Shown here: positions 17,401 through 28,400 of the stretch, one piece after another
Numbering within the stretch: the stretch's first letter is position 1
Layout of the letters: every line of letters begins with the position of its first letter
Translations under genes and position numbers: made by a program
DNA from: an uncultured virus (IMG/VR IMGVR_UViG_3300035396_000150)
Taxonomy: Duplodnaviria > Heunggongvirae > Uroviricota > Caudoviricetes > Crassvirales
Length of the DNA: 64,000 bases
Strand: one strand, 5' to 3'
Virus record (IMG/VR): IMGVR_UViG_3300035396_000150
Location: 1 to 64,000 of that record
Notes under the pieces: model-generated
Seen by the model: only the letters and a program-made list of their open reading frames with translations
Database searches by the model: none
What the model was told of the DNA's origin: nothing

Positions 17401-20379
17401 TAATTCATCTTCAATCATTTCTTTCTGTGTCCTTAAGAACTTAGACTTCTCTTCATATAAAAACAGACTTTCATTCAGCTCCTCTATCTTTAATTTATCT
17501 GTTGGTGTATTAATATCATAAGTACTTATTTCTTTTTTAATCTTATCTATTACTTCTCTTGTTTTATCTTTATCTTCTTCGAGTTGTATTGTATCTTCTT
17601 TTAATTGTTTTTCTTTATCTGTTAAAGACCTTGATTTCATTTCATAGAGACTTACATTAGAGCCTATACCAGCTATTTCTTTTCTCGTTCTTTCTAATTC
17701 TCTCCGCTCTTTCTCTGCTTGAAGTCTAAGTGCAGTCAATCTGATTTCGTAAGATAAAAGGGCTTCTTTTGATGCTTTACTATTTAACTTATTTTCTGTT
17801 AAGCCTGTACTGAATTTATTGAGTTCATCAGTTACTTCTTTTATCTTTTTATTTGTTTTACTGATTTCCTCTTCTCTTCCTTTCAGTACTTTAAGTTTAT
17901 CTCCTTCTAATGCATCTAATCTCTTCTTCAATATCTTTTCTTCTTGTTTATATTTCTCTTCAAACATATTAACTTTAACTCCTGCACTAACTTCCTTTAC
18001 AGTAATTTGCTGTCTTAAATCAGATAACTTATCTTTTCTACTATTAATCTCTTTAGTCATTACATCAGATATTCCCTTATCTTTCTCCTTAGCTTGTAAT
18101 TCAAGCAGAGCTTCTATTTCTTTCTTAACTCTAACATAATTACCTAACATACTATCCATCTCATATTCAACTAAACTGCCTTTATCTTTAGGGCTTTTAT
18201 ATGTTAAGTCTTTATTGAACTCTTCTATACTATTCTCTATATTCTCTTGAGTAGTCATACTGCCCAATCTCAACTCAAGTAATCTATTAACTATACCATA
18301 TTTGTTTGCAGCAGTATTACCGTACTTGAATTCATAGTCTTTATAGGCTGCCTTAGCTTCATTCAACTTATCTATCTGTCTTTCAGCTAATTGCTTATAT
18401 CTATTATCGTCTTTATCTTTAGCATATCCATTAACTTGAGCTTCTGTCTTACCTGCTACTTTAGCTATTTCAGCCTTTAATGTTACTTTATCTTTCTCTA
18501 TTACTTCTTTTCTTTTTGTTAGTTCTTCTAATTGTCCTTGTATTTGTTCTTTCTGTTGCTCATTAGCCATATTGAAGTCCTGTTCTGTAGTCTTGATTGC
18601 TTCATCTAATTTAGCACTCTCCTTATTAAGTGCATTGAATTCCTCTTGTCTTTTATTAGCTACTTTGTTTACGTCTTTATTGTCTTGGTTTGCTATATCT
18701 TTATACTCTTGTACTAAGTGGTCTGTAATACCTAATGAAACTGCATTAAAGCTTGTTATATTAAATAAGTCATTCTCTACATCTTGTTTGCTTCTTTGTC
18801 CTTCTACTTTAATACCCGCTTGTTCATTTGCAGTTACTTCAATCAACTCATCATTAAGATTATCTATCCTCTCTAAGTCCTTTACCATAGTCTCACCTAC
18901 TAAGTCAAATCTATCTTCTCTTTCTTTTCTATCACTCTTTATTCTACCATACCACTCTAACTTAGATTCTCCATTCTCGGTTACTCTTCTTGGCATGATA
19001 TCCATTACTCCTGTAGTAACTGCACCCATAACAGCTCCCATACCGAACTCAATAGCTCCCTCTTTAGTTCCTATCCTCTCAAGTGATTCGCCGAAGTTAG
19101 TCATTTCATCTATATAAGAGAACTTATTCTCTTCTCCTCTTAAATCTTCTCCTGCAAGTGATTCCCCTAATCTTCTACCAGATACTTCAGCCATTCCTGT
19201 ATTGGTTTCTTCAAGTCCCTCTTGAAGTGGTTCCCCTAATGCTCTATACCCGTAGTTATCTCTTATGTAATTCTTATAGTCTCTACTTTGCTTTATAGTC
19301 TTTAATCCCTCTGCAAATCCTCCCTTCTTAGCTAATTCATTCAATCCAAATCTCTCAACTACTTCTTTATTCACATTCTTAAATGCAGCTGCTGTGCCTG
19401 TTATATTTAATGGTATATTCTTTAAGGCACTTATATACATAGTAGTATTACCTGCCTGTGATGCAGCCTCTTGTGCCTTTTTAGTTCCATCTTGTTCTTC
19501 GTACTTATTTATATATGCCTGTAGGTTATCTCTCATAAAATCATCATATACAGTAACACCACTTAACCTGCCCTCAAGTAAGCTAAGATGTGTTGCAGTA
19601 GCAAGTCTTGGTATAGTAGTTTCAAATGCCTTTGTAGTACCTGCTAATACATTCTTACTAAATGAACTTAACTCAAGTGCTGTTTCTGCTGCATTCCTTG
19701 AAGCTAATCCATACTTCTCTAATACTGTAGCTAACTTAGTTGCTTTCTGTAATTTAGCAGTAGTTGCTAATAACTTAGGTAACTTACCTACTACTGCACC
19801 TGTTTGTCCAAACATAGCACCAAATAAAGCACCCTCTATACCAAATTGAATAGCACTTGATAAGCCTCCTCCTATATTACCATACCAATCCGTATCTCCT
19901 GTCTTAGTATATACTTTACCTGCAGCCCAGTCCCTATTCTCCTCTGCCCATCTTGTTAATGAATTAGATAAGTCATCTTCAAAGATGGCGGCTGTACCTC
20001 CTATATCTCCTATTATACCTATAGGTACATTACCTAATGTATTGGCTGCAGTTCTTAATAACTTCTGTGAGGTTGTTTGTCTTTCGGCTGCTAAGTCATT
20101 TAGTTTTTCTGTATTAAATGTATCATATGTATAATCTTGACTACTTACAAGTCCACCAAAACTACTAACATCTGCTCCTTTTAATAGGTATTCAGTATCA
20201 GGTGCCTTATTACTTTCTTTATTTATATAATTATCGGCTTCTTCTGCAGTCATTCCTGCAAAATTAAAGTCTTTTATAAGTTGTTTATCTTTCTCTTCTT
20301 TTATTTTATTACTCATTTGCTCTGAGTAACTATTGGTATCAAAACCAAAATCAAAGTACTCTTTAGGATCTCGTGGCAT
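14479..20379 (-). CDS. Giant virion-ejected cargo protein next to the RNAP; N-terminal Gly/Ala-rich membrane-like segments and long coiled coil
   Basis: 1966 aa. Hydrophobic Gly-rich stretches (GGGLSSAIQFGIEGALFGAMFG; EFGMGAVMGAVTTG) and an extensive E/K-rich helical region. Lies directly upstream of the RNAP gene, as in crAss-like phages. Confidence 0.75.
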   Translation of the reverse strand: MPRDPKEYFDFGFDTNSYSEQMSNKIKEEKDKQLIKDFNFAGMTAEEADNYINKESNKAPDTEYLLKGADVSSFGGLVSSQDYTYDTFNTEKLNDLAAERQTTSQKLLRTAANTLGNVPIGIIGDIGGTAAIFEDDLSNSLTRWAEENRDWAAGKVYTKTGDTDWYGNIGGGLSSAIQFGIEGALFGAMFGQTGAVVGKLPKLLATTAKLQKATKLATVLEKYGLASRNAAETALELSSFSKNVLAGTTKAFETTIPRLATATHLSLLEGRLSGVTVYDDFMRDNLQAYINKYEEQDGTKKAQEAASQAGNTTMYISALKNIPLNITGTAAAFKNVNKEVVERFGLNELAKKGGFAEGLKTIKQSRDYKNYIRDNYGYRALGEPLQEGLEETNTGMAEVSGRRLGESLAGEDLRGEENKFSYIDEMTNFGESLERIGTKEGAIEFGMGAVMGAVTTGVMDIMPRRVTENGESKLEWYGRIKSDRKEREDRFDLVGETMVKDLERIDNLNDELIEVTANEQAGIKVEGQRSKQDVENDLFNITSFNAVSLGITDHLVQEYKDIANQDNKDVNKVANKRQEEFNALNKESAKLDEAIKTTEQDFNMANEQQKEQIQGQLEELTKRKEVIEKDKVTLKAEIAKVAGKTEAQVNGYAKDKDDNRYKQLAERQIDKLNEAKAAYKDYEFKYGNTAANKYGIVNRLLELRLGSMTTQENIENSIEEFNKDLTYKSPKDKGSLVEYEMDSMLGNYVRVKKEIEALLELQAKEKDKGISDVMTKEINSRKDKLSDLRQQITVKEVSAGVKVNMFEEKYKQEEKILKKRLDALEGDKLKVLKGREEEISKTNKKIKEVTDELNKFSTGLTENKLNSKASKEALLSYEIRLTALRLQAEKERRELERTRKEIAGIGSNVSLYEMKSRSLTDKEKQLKEDTIQLEEDKDKTREVIDKIKKEISTYDINTPTDKLKIEELNESLFLYEEKSKFLRTQKEMIEDELDKLRKENKDTIEYSKDKSKAVVNSEKDKIRNQYEEEVAYERSEEGFKTLEDKVSDKLNGHLINFKNNIESYLYQVNRHDKLLTEEGQTEFVKNGIKNKTEAVESFKKAVQKAKDNVDREANLKSKETTGKTVNTVNEKAEKERLAKEAKAKAAEEALKNKASAGVQAVIDLKEQIIKWSVVEGEADLLASLDKVTEWIQDNQDEHKDTIKYINEFTDAFKKGQPEKFTGIVDNILKTLPLFPIDATEAMKNVQYAKGRMNNELADLEDLNFEESNIHEEARDLFKVIQDKKDNGEATTEEETKMTDLRSRLKEHSNKLIDHFTKLIEDYKLKTYVLDENGNPIARDLIEEHRKLFAVMKRSFDVISPTMRKNARRSSLDAVVGYLNNYFRLLQDNMEVVGTKEVEGKPVDELVANLFNFSILINDNEIIGVDPDIVNSGTIKTVLNKAPEYEEDYNNRHQYTDETNRLKTSVLSIANTSVRYNKTTKLQEGTGVLSIPTESSKYLNRGDVVEFIVEDNDDLLITNYEGEKETKMTWGEFKKKFNGNEQLLNDYIPIKVISKGIEAGYLHSIGRVTDDYFQVEKDSSIEIKRDELRSARTNILKGADTGKVYYKSVGILNAEKSGSENELDNYGTLNERLKDSKEGLGNPIIAVSIGTSLVTSVDGQKRNIKTSEFSDELREYLKTFGFGKAIALVPSADGSLQVEFVLQMSLNGNVKKGNKNKKIGTDLIEIFIGFLSKLNATSNPLYKEGVLIKDEFNIHDLIEAITYVDINHSDIAGVNIDASKNAYSKMYRVKEGTKSKYYININQASPAVEITEASLKNKDVINAIGNLRFNASTKAIEKNIQIPNGNGELVNYIDFIGDRFVIDAKVKTVIHNTEDNLNNNIGNTEFIYYNNPVVAFSVDVMKDKPKPPTEETNKEEVKQEVESTKQGLKLNNAELFEIEGSELFDYKVFEGIVPEVEAVTTVPCKTK

Positions 20380-22724
20380 TATCTTGACGGATTAGATTTT
20401 AAATCATTTATTACCTTTTTATCATAAGCAGTTGTCATAACAGCTATATCATTAGAGTTGTATTCTCTGTCGTATTTAACTTCAGTTCCTTCAGGAGTAT
20501 ACCCAACTAATTTAAACTTACCATCTCCCATAGCTTCTACTCTATATGCTGAACCAACTGAATTGACTAAATCTATTTTTGTTCCTCTACTTGCTGTAAG
20601 CATCTTATTGGCATTTTGTTTGTAATAAGAATCAAATAGGTATTTAGAACCGTTAAGAAGTCTTTCTTGTACTCCGTCTGCTCCTTCTCCTGCCTCTCCT
20701 GTATTTTCTAAATCATCTATAAAATCATAAACAAGTGAACTTCCTATAATTCGTTTATTTCTATACCATTCTTCTTTACTCCCATTAAACTTAACTTGTT
20801 CTTGCTTTCTTCTCTTTTCTCCATTTTCATCTACATACTCTATTGTTCTTATAGCATTATCATTTCCTATTCCAGCTGGTATACTATATATATCAGTATC
20901 TTCTGGTTTTATATCTTTTCCAGTTAAAGTTTTATATCCACTATTTTTAGCTATATTCTGTGCAAACTTTTGTGCTATCTCTATTTTATTATTTTCTCCT
21001 TCTCCATAAGATATTATTCCATATAGTGTTTCTTTATTTCCTTTTTCTGCTTCTTTTAATGTGTTAATTCCACTTTCTATTACATCATCAGAACCTTCAT
21101 TATTTAATATATCATTGCCACTTATTAATAAATTAGTAGGTAATCCAAACGGGCCTAATAATTGACGTCCTATAAACTTACTTATACCGCCTAATGATGA
21201 CATACTTTGTAAACTATCTATTTCTTCTTTTACCATATTCATTCCTTTCTCTGCTCCATATCTCATTATATATTCAGGCAACTTATTAGATATTTCTAAT
21301 GCCTTATTTTTATCTGTTGCATCTATTTTATCTGTGTTTGCATTTATTGTTGATATCAATTTTTTCTTTTGGTCTTCTATTAAGTCTACTCCATTTACAG
21401 TATAGTCTTTTTTCATTGTATTTTCAACATCTCTGTAAGAATCATAAGCTCTCTTTAAATTTAATAAATAGTCTTTATTTGTGGCATTTGCTGCATACCC
21501 TTTGACTAATTCATCATATATATTCTTCTTATTTGAATAGTCGGTAAATGCCGACTCCCTATCAAATTCAACTTCATCTGTCTTTATTGTTGTACTTGAT
21601 GCATCAGATTTAGGATAACTTCCTCCTCCTCCTTTGTAATTATAATCTAGTTTTTCTTGTATTGTGGAATCTAAATCTGTTTTCTTTACTGCATTATGTA
21701 TTATACTTTGATTTAAAGCATTACCATATATAGTACCTGCATACTTGTTATTAAATCCATCTTTACTTAAATTATCAAAAGAAAAACCTTCTTTTGTAAT
21801 AGCTCCGTAGTTTTCAGGATTTCTCGCTTCATTCTCAAAATCAACTACTTCTTGTCTTTTCTTATTAGCTTCTATTCTTGCTTCGTCTTTATTCACACCT
21901 GATTTAATTAAATCATAGTAAGTCTTATCAAATATTGCTTTTCCTTTTATTTCTATTTGAGACTCTAAGGAAGCGTTTTCTTTTCTATTACCTGTCATAG
22001 AAGTAAATCCTATAAGAGCTATTTCTTCAGGGCTTCTTTCTTCTGTAGTTGAATGATCTTTTCTTATATAAGGAGCACCTCCTATAGTAGTTTGATATAT
22101 CTTAGTAATTCCTTCTTTATCTATCTCTGTCTTACCTACATCCATTACAAACTTACCTGTATTAGTAAAAGCATATGGATTATAAGAACCAAATGTATTA
22201 AAATCTCCACTATTTCCTTTCAATTCACCTTTATTAACATACTGCTGTTCTAACTCTCTCAATAAAACAGATTGCTCATAATCACCTATACCTTCTGTTC
22301 TTGCATTCTGCATCAAATCGTTCTTTGCTTTATTATATAATTGCAAATTCTCACTTGCCACTTTAAATATACCTGATTCCATATTATATTTCTTATTCTT
22401 TAATTTAGCTATACTTCTTGTAGCATCCCCTAAATTATCTAAATTCAAATCATTAGTCAAGAAATTAAGTGCCTTTTCCTTTTCTGCATACCATTCATCT
22501 GCAGCTCCTTTAACTACTGCATAGTCTTTAGCATCTTGCCCTAATCCCTCATACTGTTTGATTGCTTCGTACTCTAACTGTTGGTCTTTTATTTCATCAG
22601 CTGCTCCCATTAACTGGTCTACTCCTTTCTGCTTCTCTGTCAGAAATTGATTAACAGCACCCAAATTAATAGGTGCATATGTGCTTTGTGGTAAACTTCT
22701 TTCACGTTGAAAATACCTTGCCAT
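20379..22724 (-). CDS. Putative virion-ejected cargo protein
   Basis: 781 aa ORF between the cargo-1-like gene and the giant proteins; its stop overlaps the next start (TAATG); no cysteine seen. Confidence 0.6.
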   Translation of the reverse strand: MARYFQRERSLPQSTYAPINLGAVNQFLTEKQKGVDQLMGAADEIKDQQLEYEAIKQYEGLGQDAKDYAVVKGAADEWYAEKEKALNFLTNDLNLDNLGDATRSIAKLKNKKYNMESGIFKVASENLQLYNKAKNDLMQNARTEGIGDYEQSVLLRELEQQYVNKGELKGNSGDFNTFGSYNPYAFTNTGKFVMDVGKTEIDKEGITKIYQTTIGGAPYIRKDHSTTEERSPEEIALIGFTSMTGNRKENASLESQIEIKGKAIFDKTYYDLIKSGVNKDEARIEANKKRQEVVDFENEARNPENYGAITKEGFSFDNLSKDGFNNKYAGTIYGNALNQSIIHNAVKKTDLDSTIQEKLDYNYKGGGGSYPKSDASSTTIKTDEVEFDRESAFTDYSNKKNIYDELVKGYAANATNKDYLLNLKRAYDSYRDVENTMKKDYTVNGVDLIEDQKKKLISTINANTDKIDATDKNKALEISNKLPEYIMRYGAEKGMNMVKEEIDSLQSMSSLGGISKFIGRQLLGPFGLPTNLLISGNDILNNEGSDDVIESGINTLKEAEKGNKETLYGIISYGEGENNKIEIAQKFAQNIAKNSGYKTLTGKDIKPEDTDIYSIPAGIGNDNAIRTIEYVDENGEKRRKQEQVKFNGSKEEWYRNKRIIGSSLVYDFIDDLENTGEAGEGADGVQERLLNGSKYLFDSYYKQNANKMLTASRGTKIDLVNSVGSAYRVEAMGDGKFKLVGYTPEGTEVKYDREYNSNDIAVMTTAYDKKVINDLKSNPSR

Positions 22725-22761
22725 TATGTTATATGTTTAATTAAATACTATGTAACTGCAT

Positions 22762-22795
22762 AAAAAAACCGACAACCTTAGTCAGATTGTCGGTT
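22762..22795 (-). terminator. Rho-independent terminator after the 832 aa gene
   Basis: Minus strand reads AACCGACAA-TCTGACTAAGG-TTGTCGGTT followed by a T-run. Confidence 0.75.
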
Positions 22796-22905
22796 AAATT
22801 CTATAAAAAGCTATAAAAATCGATTTTAATGAATTAAAAAATATAAAATGATAACTAAATCGAATCAAAAATTTGGAGCGATTAGAAACGATTTTACTTA
22901 ATCAA

Positions 22906-25404
22906 TTACTTTTGATATTTATAATACCATTTACCTTTGTCTTGGTATACCTTTATATTGTTCTGTGATAAGAAAGGAAGTGTAGCCGTTTGCATATTAT
23001 ACTGATTCTGGTCTCCTTGTCTCTGTAAATAATGTCCAGACATATCTGTAAGTCCTCCTTGTATCATATTAGACGCAACATCCCTCTCTTGTTGATTTAC
23101 CATCTCTTCATACTGTTGTATTTGTGAGTTGGCTTGTTGTGTACCTACATTCATCTGTGCGTTAATTCCTTTATACTGATTAGCTATTCCTACGTTGGCT
23201 TCATCATAAGCCTGATTTGTTCTTGCTCTGTCCTGTCCTTCCTGTCCTTTCAATGCAAGCATATTAGACATATAATTACCTCCTCCTATACTGTTATTTC
23301 TTACCACATTAGCGGCACTTCCATATGAATTAGATACATCTTGAAGGGCTCTTTGTGGGTCTACATAGGAAGCTCTTACATAATCAGGTTTGATTCTTGA
23401 GAACTTCTTTTGTGGTTTAAGTAATCCATGTATACCTCTTGCTATATCATACATACCACCTAAATTAGATAAGAAGGCATTGGGTTGTTCGTAGTTAAAA
23501 TTGAACTCCGTGCCCATGTTGGGATCACCTGTATTGTCTGCTGATGTATAAGCTGCCTTGTTGGCTATATTAGCACCAGTACTATCAAATACAGGCATTG
23601 TATAATTACTATTTCCTTCAGCCCCTTGTATTCCTGTAAATAAGCCACTATTATCTACCATAGGATTTCCTGAACCGCCTCCTTGATTAATTTCACGTTT
23701 AGTTATATAATCGCTTGGTAGTACTCCCTTATTGCTATTTGCTTCTGCTTTCTGTCTTCCATATCCATTATTATACCAGTCTTTGCTTTGTAGTGGATTT
23801 GTACCTGATTGTGTCGTACCTATATTATTTGATATTCCATTACTTGTATTTGCAGGTGATATAGATACAGTACCTACATTTGCTGATGGATTAGTTTTAT
23901 TACTTATGTTTATATTACTATTTGATCTTTGAGATAAGAAACTTAAATCTTGTGTTGCATTTAAGTCTGCTACATTACTACTTGTTAATACATTACTAGA
24001 ATTTGTATTTCCGGTACTTGTTCTATTTTCTCTGGAATTTGTATTTAAATTAATACCTTTATCATAAGACTTTCTAAACTCCATAGGGTCTTTACTTACT
24101 CCATACTCATATATTAGAGGATTACCTGAACTCACAGTATTATTCGATTGTATGTTATTATTACTCGTGTTATCAGTTCTTGGTGTATATCCTTTTGTTA
24201 TATCAGTAGTGTCTATTCTTGGGTCTCCTGAACCCGAACCCGTATCTATAATACCGGGTGGATTAATAGATGTTCCATAATCATTAACTACAAAATTAGA
24301 AGTAGATGTAAATGAAGGTGCTGCATTATTTAAGTTGCTTTCATCTGTCTTTTTACTAAATAAAGGAAATCTTCTACTTGACATAGCTTCTTTACCATAT
24401 GGAGTATTTACTAACTGACTTACTGGTCTTAGACTTGCATTATAGGCTTCATCCTGTGGACTATAGTTACCCATTACAGGATAGTCTGCTATTCCTCCTT
24501 GTCTATAATATTCTTCTGCACTCTGTTTATATTTATCATTTATTTCAGGTGGTATAGTACGTCCAAATGCAGCCTTAGGCAGTCTACCACCATACATCAT
24601 CATAGGTATCTGTCCTCCTTGTTGTTGCATCATCATTTGTTGTTGCATTTCAGGAGTCACTTGTTGTTGCATTTGTGCCTGTTGTCCCATCATATCTTGT
24701 TGTTGTATTCCTTGCATATCTTGCATCATTTCAGGTGTAATCTCTACTCTGCCTTGCTTCAAGTCGTTATTATATGTCTTATTCTCTTGTTCTACTTTCT
24801 TTACTTCTTGTATCTGTGTCAAGTCATCTAATCGTCTTTGCTTCTCTTTATTATCTAAACTATCCAACTTCCTAAGACTGAACTGCGATTCTATATCTTT
24901 TGCAATATCTGCAATAGTCTTTCCTAAATACTTCTTAGGTAATTGATACCTATCTAAATCCTTCTTTTCTATCTTAAGCCTATCACTATATATTACATTA
25001 CCTTGTTTAGCTTCTCCTTGCTCTGCCTCAACTACATTAGCTAAATTAGTACCTCCCTGTTCATGTGTATTTCCTGCTATTGGTGTAACTTGTTGTTGTC
25101 TTACTTGTTGAGGTGGCATTTGTCCACCATAAGCAAATGTAGGTATATTTAAATCGTAGTTTTGTAGATTGGTCTGTAGTCTACCTTGTGCTGATTGCTG
25201 TAACTGCTCTTGTTTCATTCTCTGCTCTTCTTTCAATCTCTCATTATTAGCTTCCCAAGCACTTAATCCCATACCAGCAATTCCACCTACAGCACCTATT
25301 ACCTGTCCTCCCGGTACCATACTTGCCACACCACTTGCAGCAGTTAATATCTCTCCCCACTTAGCTTTCTTTAAATTATATACTTCTTGTTTTTTAAATC
25401 TCAT
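22906..25404 (-). CDS. Virion cargo protein (crAss cargo-protein-1-like)
   Basis: 832 aa. N-terminal Gly-rich hydrophobic segment; GNTHEQGG...VEAEQGE...IYSDRL block; YGG motifs (FAYGG, MMYGG); Q/M-rich tract; immediately downstream of the muzzle gene. Confidence 0.65.
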   Translation of the reverse strand: MRFKKQEVYNLKKAKWGEILTAASGVASMVPGGQVIGAVGGIAGMGLSAWEANNERLKEEQRMKQEQLQQSAQGRLQTNLQNYDLNIPTFAYGGQMPPQQVRQQQVTPIAGNTHEQGGTNLANVVEAEQGEAKQGNVIYSDRLKIEKKDLDRYQLPKKYLGKTIADIAKDIESQFSLRKLDSLDNKEKQRRLDDLTQIQEVKKVEQENKTYNNDLKQGRVEITPEMMQDMQGIQQQDMMGQQAQMQQQVTPEMQQQMMMQQQGGQIPMMMYGGRLPKAAFGRTIPPEINDKYKQSAEEYYRQGGIADYPVMGNYSPQDEAYNASLRPVSQLVNTPYGKEAMSSRRFPLFSKKTDESNLNNAAPSFTSTSNFVVNDYGTSINPPGIIDTGSGSGDPRIDTTDITKGYTPRTDNTSNNNIQSNNTVSSGNPLIYEYGVSKDPMEFRKSYDKGINLNTNSRENRTSTGNTNSSNVLTSSNVADLNATQDLSFLSQRSNSNINISNKTNPSANVGTVSISPANTSNGISNNIGTTQSGTNPLQSKDWYNNGYGRQKAEANSNKGVLPSDYITKREINQGGGSGNPMVDNSGLFTGIQGAEGNSNYTMPVFDSTGANIANKAAYTSADNTGDPNMGTEFNFNYEQPNAFLSNLGGMYDIARGIHGLLKPQKKFSRIKPDYVRASYVDPQRALQDVSNSYGSAANVVRNNSIGGGNYMSNMLALKGQEGQDRARTNQAYDEANVGIANQYKGINAQMNVGTQQANSQIQQYEEMVNQQERDVASNMIQGGLTDMSGHYLQRQGDQNQYNMQTATLPFLSQNNIKVYQDKGKWYYKYQK

Positions 25405-28400
25405 AATGTATATGGTTCAAAATGTGTCATTATATCTAATATCTTAAATCTTCCTCCTATCATACTATTATCATATAAAACCCGTATCTTACAATAATTT
25501 CCATTAAGCAACTCATTTATTGCTTTACTGTATCCTTCATCTGTATAAGTTAAGCCTGTCTTATTTCTTGGTACCGCTGTCTTAAATTGATTCAAATCTT
25601 TACTTATATTATATAGGTAAGCCGGATACACAGTATCTGTTTTAACTCCATTGGTGTCTGCTATTACCCTACTACTTCCTGCATAGTTTAAAAAGGACTG
25701 ATTATCAGTTGCTTCATATTCTCCTGTACTTGTATTAAGTTCTGTTTCAGTCATTGCTGTCGAATTCTTTACAAACAAATCAATGTACTCCGATTGCTGT
25801 GTATTAGTAATTCCCCTTATTTCAGTTATTGTCCTATTCTCTATACCGATATAATTTGACTTACCTTCCAGCTTTCTTTCACCTGTAGTTAGTTCATTTA
25901 TCAATTCTATGGCTTCATAATAAGCATTAGATGATTGTGGATTCAATACATATTCAAACATTAATGGATATGTAATTCCATAGTACTCACCATACTCTCC
26001 TAAATTATGTTCATATAATAAATTAGCGTTATTAGATGTCATAAACCCCTTAGGTGTCTTTAAATACAAGTCTGGTATAAAAGTCTCGAACCCTATAAAC
26101 AAATTAAGAGGTTCATTAAATACCATAGTGTAGTTGTTCTTTAAGTCTATAAATTTGTGCATATACACCTTATCGGCATTTATAAACTCATCTCCGTACA
26201 GATACTCAAATTCTAAATTAGTTTCATAAATACCTGTTAATCTATAAGTACCTTCCTTTCCACTGCTTGTATTTAATTTATATATCAAGCCTGTTTCCAT
26301 TATTACGTTAGTTGTATCTCCTGTTAGATAGGTAAATTCAAATCCCACACTTACTGTAAATGTATTGTCATCATACTTAACTCCTATTGAATCATTTACT
26401 ATGGACAACATAACACAAGTCCTTGAATTATCATATACCCCTAAGAATCTCGTATTCTTATTTAAAGTTTGCTTAAAGTAACTACTCACTCCTTTTATAT
26501 CTGATATTGACTGTATGCCTTCTCCAAATCTATATAACTTCTTTCTATTCAAATCAATCCAATATATAAAAGATACACTAACTACTGCTTCATTACACTT
26601 CTGTATTCCTACATTAGTAGATAGATACTGATGCGAATGTATAATATCTCCCTTACCAAGCACTACAGGTAGTCCACTATCTGTTGTTGTTTGTACTGTA
26701 GGACTTATACTAAGTGCTACTACTGCATTATCTTGAAATACAAATACGTTATCATTTAATCTAACCATGTAATTAAGTGAGCCATAATTAGCATCTAATG
26801 TACTATAGTTATTAGCTTTGAAATCTAACCAACTATCATATAACTCTCCTGATATCTTCTTTTCACTGTATCTTATCATAGTATCTGCTACATAATTCTT
26901 TAATCTGTCGGCTGGTAACTGTATTGCTAATTTAGTTTTATTTATACTACTATATACTGAATTATATAAGTATGTAGGAGATATATCTACTATAGCATTA
27001 TGTTGTGTTTCTCTGCCATCACCTAATTTTAATACCCTGCTATCAGTTAAGGTAAGTCCTTCCTCTTGTACTTGTATAGCATCTATATTGGAGTTTCCTA
27101 TTGAATAAAAATCATCATGTCTTAACTTCAAATTAATTGAACTTTCTACTATAGTATCTATTATATGTGCAGCAGAGTATATTTTAAGTGATACTGGGTT
27201 ATTAGGGTCTATTACACCTCCCGGATATTCAGCCTCTAATTCTGGTATATGTATCCAAGTTGCATGAAAGTACTTATATCTATTAACAAACGTATCACCA
27301 TATCTACAACCTACTGTACCATTTCCTGTATATACTATACTTGCAGGAATATAAACACTATTTAATCTTTTATTATAAGAACCAGCCCCGTATGGAATTA
27401 TATACCTTCTTATATTTACAATTAGAGTTCTCTTTCCTATTGCAAGTATTGAAGTATCAAGTGCTATTATAGAAGCAGTACTGTTGTAATATATAACAGG
27501 AGCACCAAGAGTGTCTAATCCTGTTCCTATAGGAACTATAGTATTTCCATCTACATACACAGTATCCTTTTGTTGTGCTATTGCAAAGTCCTTTATCTTA
27601 TTTCTAAATGGAAATAATGCACTGCCACTTACTTTTAAATCAGAGTAATAGAAACAAGCACTTCCAGAATCAAATGCATCTATATCATGCCCGTATTCTA
27701 AATAATCATAACTAACATCATTTAACTGTTCTATATAAGTATCTTTTAAATTCAAATCCTTAAAGAAACTTATTTCAGGACTATGTAATCTGAATAGTTC
27801 GGAAGACTCAAATGTAGGCGATTGAGGTTCATACCAACCATGTTGAAAATGAGTACCTTTATCTTCAAGACTACTTAATACACCTTGAGTTAATATTGTT
27901 CTATCTTTCACAGTTCTTTCTACTCTAACTATCTGATAGTTATTTACTTCACCCGGAAGATTACTTACATTAAAATAAGGGACACATAAATCGTACTCTC
28001 TTTTATATGTAAATGATGGATATATATCACGATACTTAGGCATTCTTATATCTCCTATATACTTTACAGGACTTTGCCTTCCATACTTATCAAATAATAC
28101 AATACCAAAACTATATATCTCATCATACATAAATCCCTTAATAACGCCTAACTTAAAATCGTTATTATTGTAATCATAAGAGGTATCAAATGAAACACTT
28201 ACATTTACTCCTTGAGCACCTAATGTAGTTCCATCAGCTTGATACTTATATGCATTAGTTCCTATAGTATCTAAAGATATATCATTGAACTTGTTATGTA
28301 TATCTGAATCAATAGGTATTAGTTCAGCAGTGTCTTTCCAATTAACTAAAGCTCCATTTAAAGACTCCACTAATGTAGTACCATCAGCTTTATATATATC

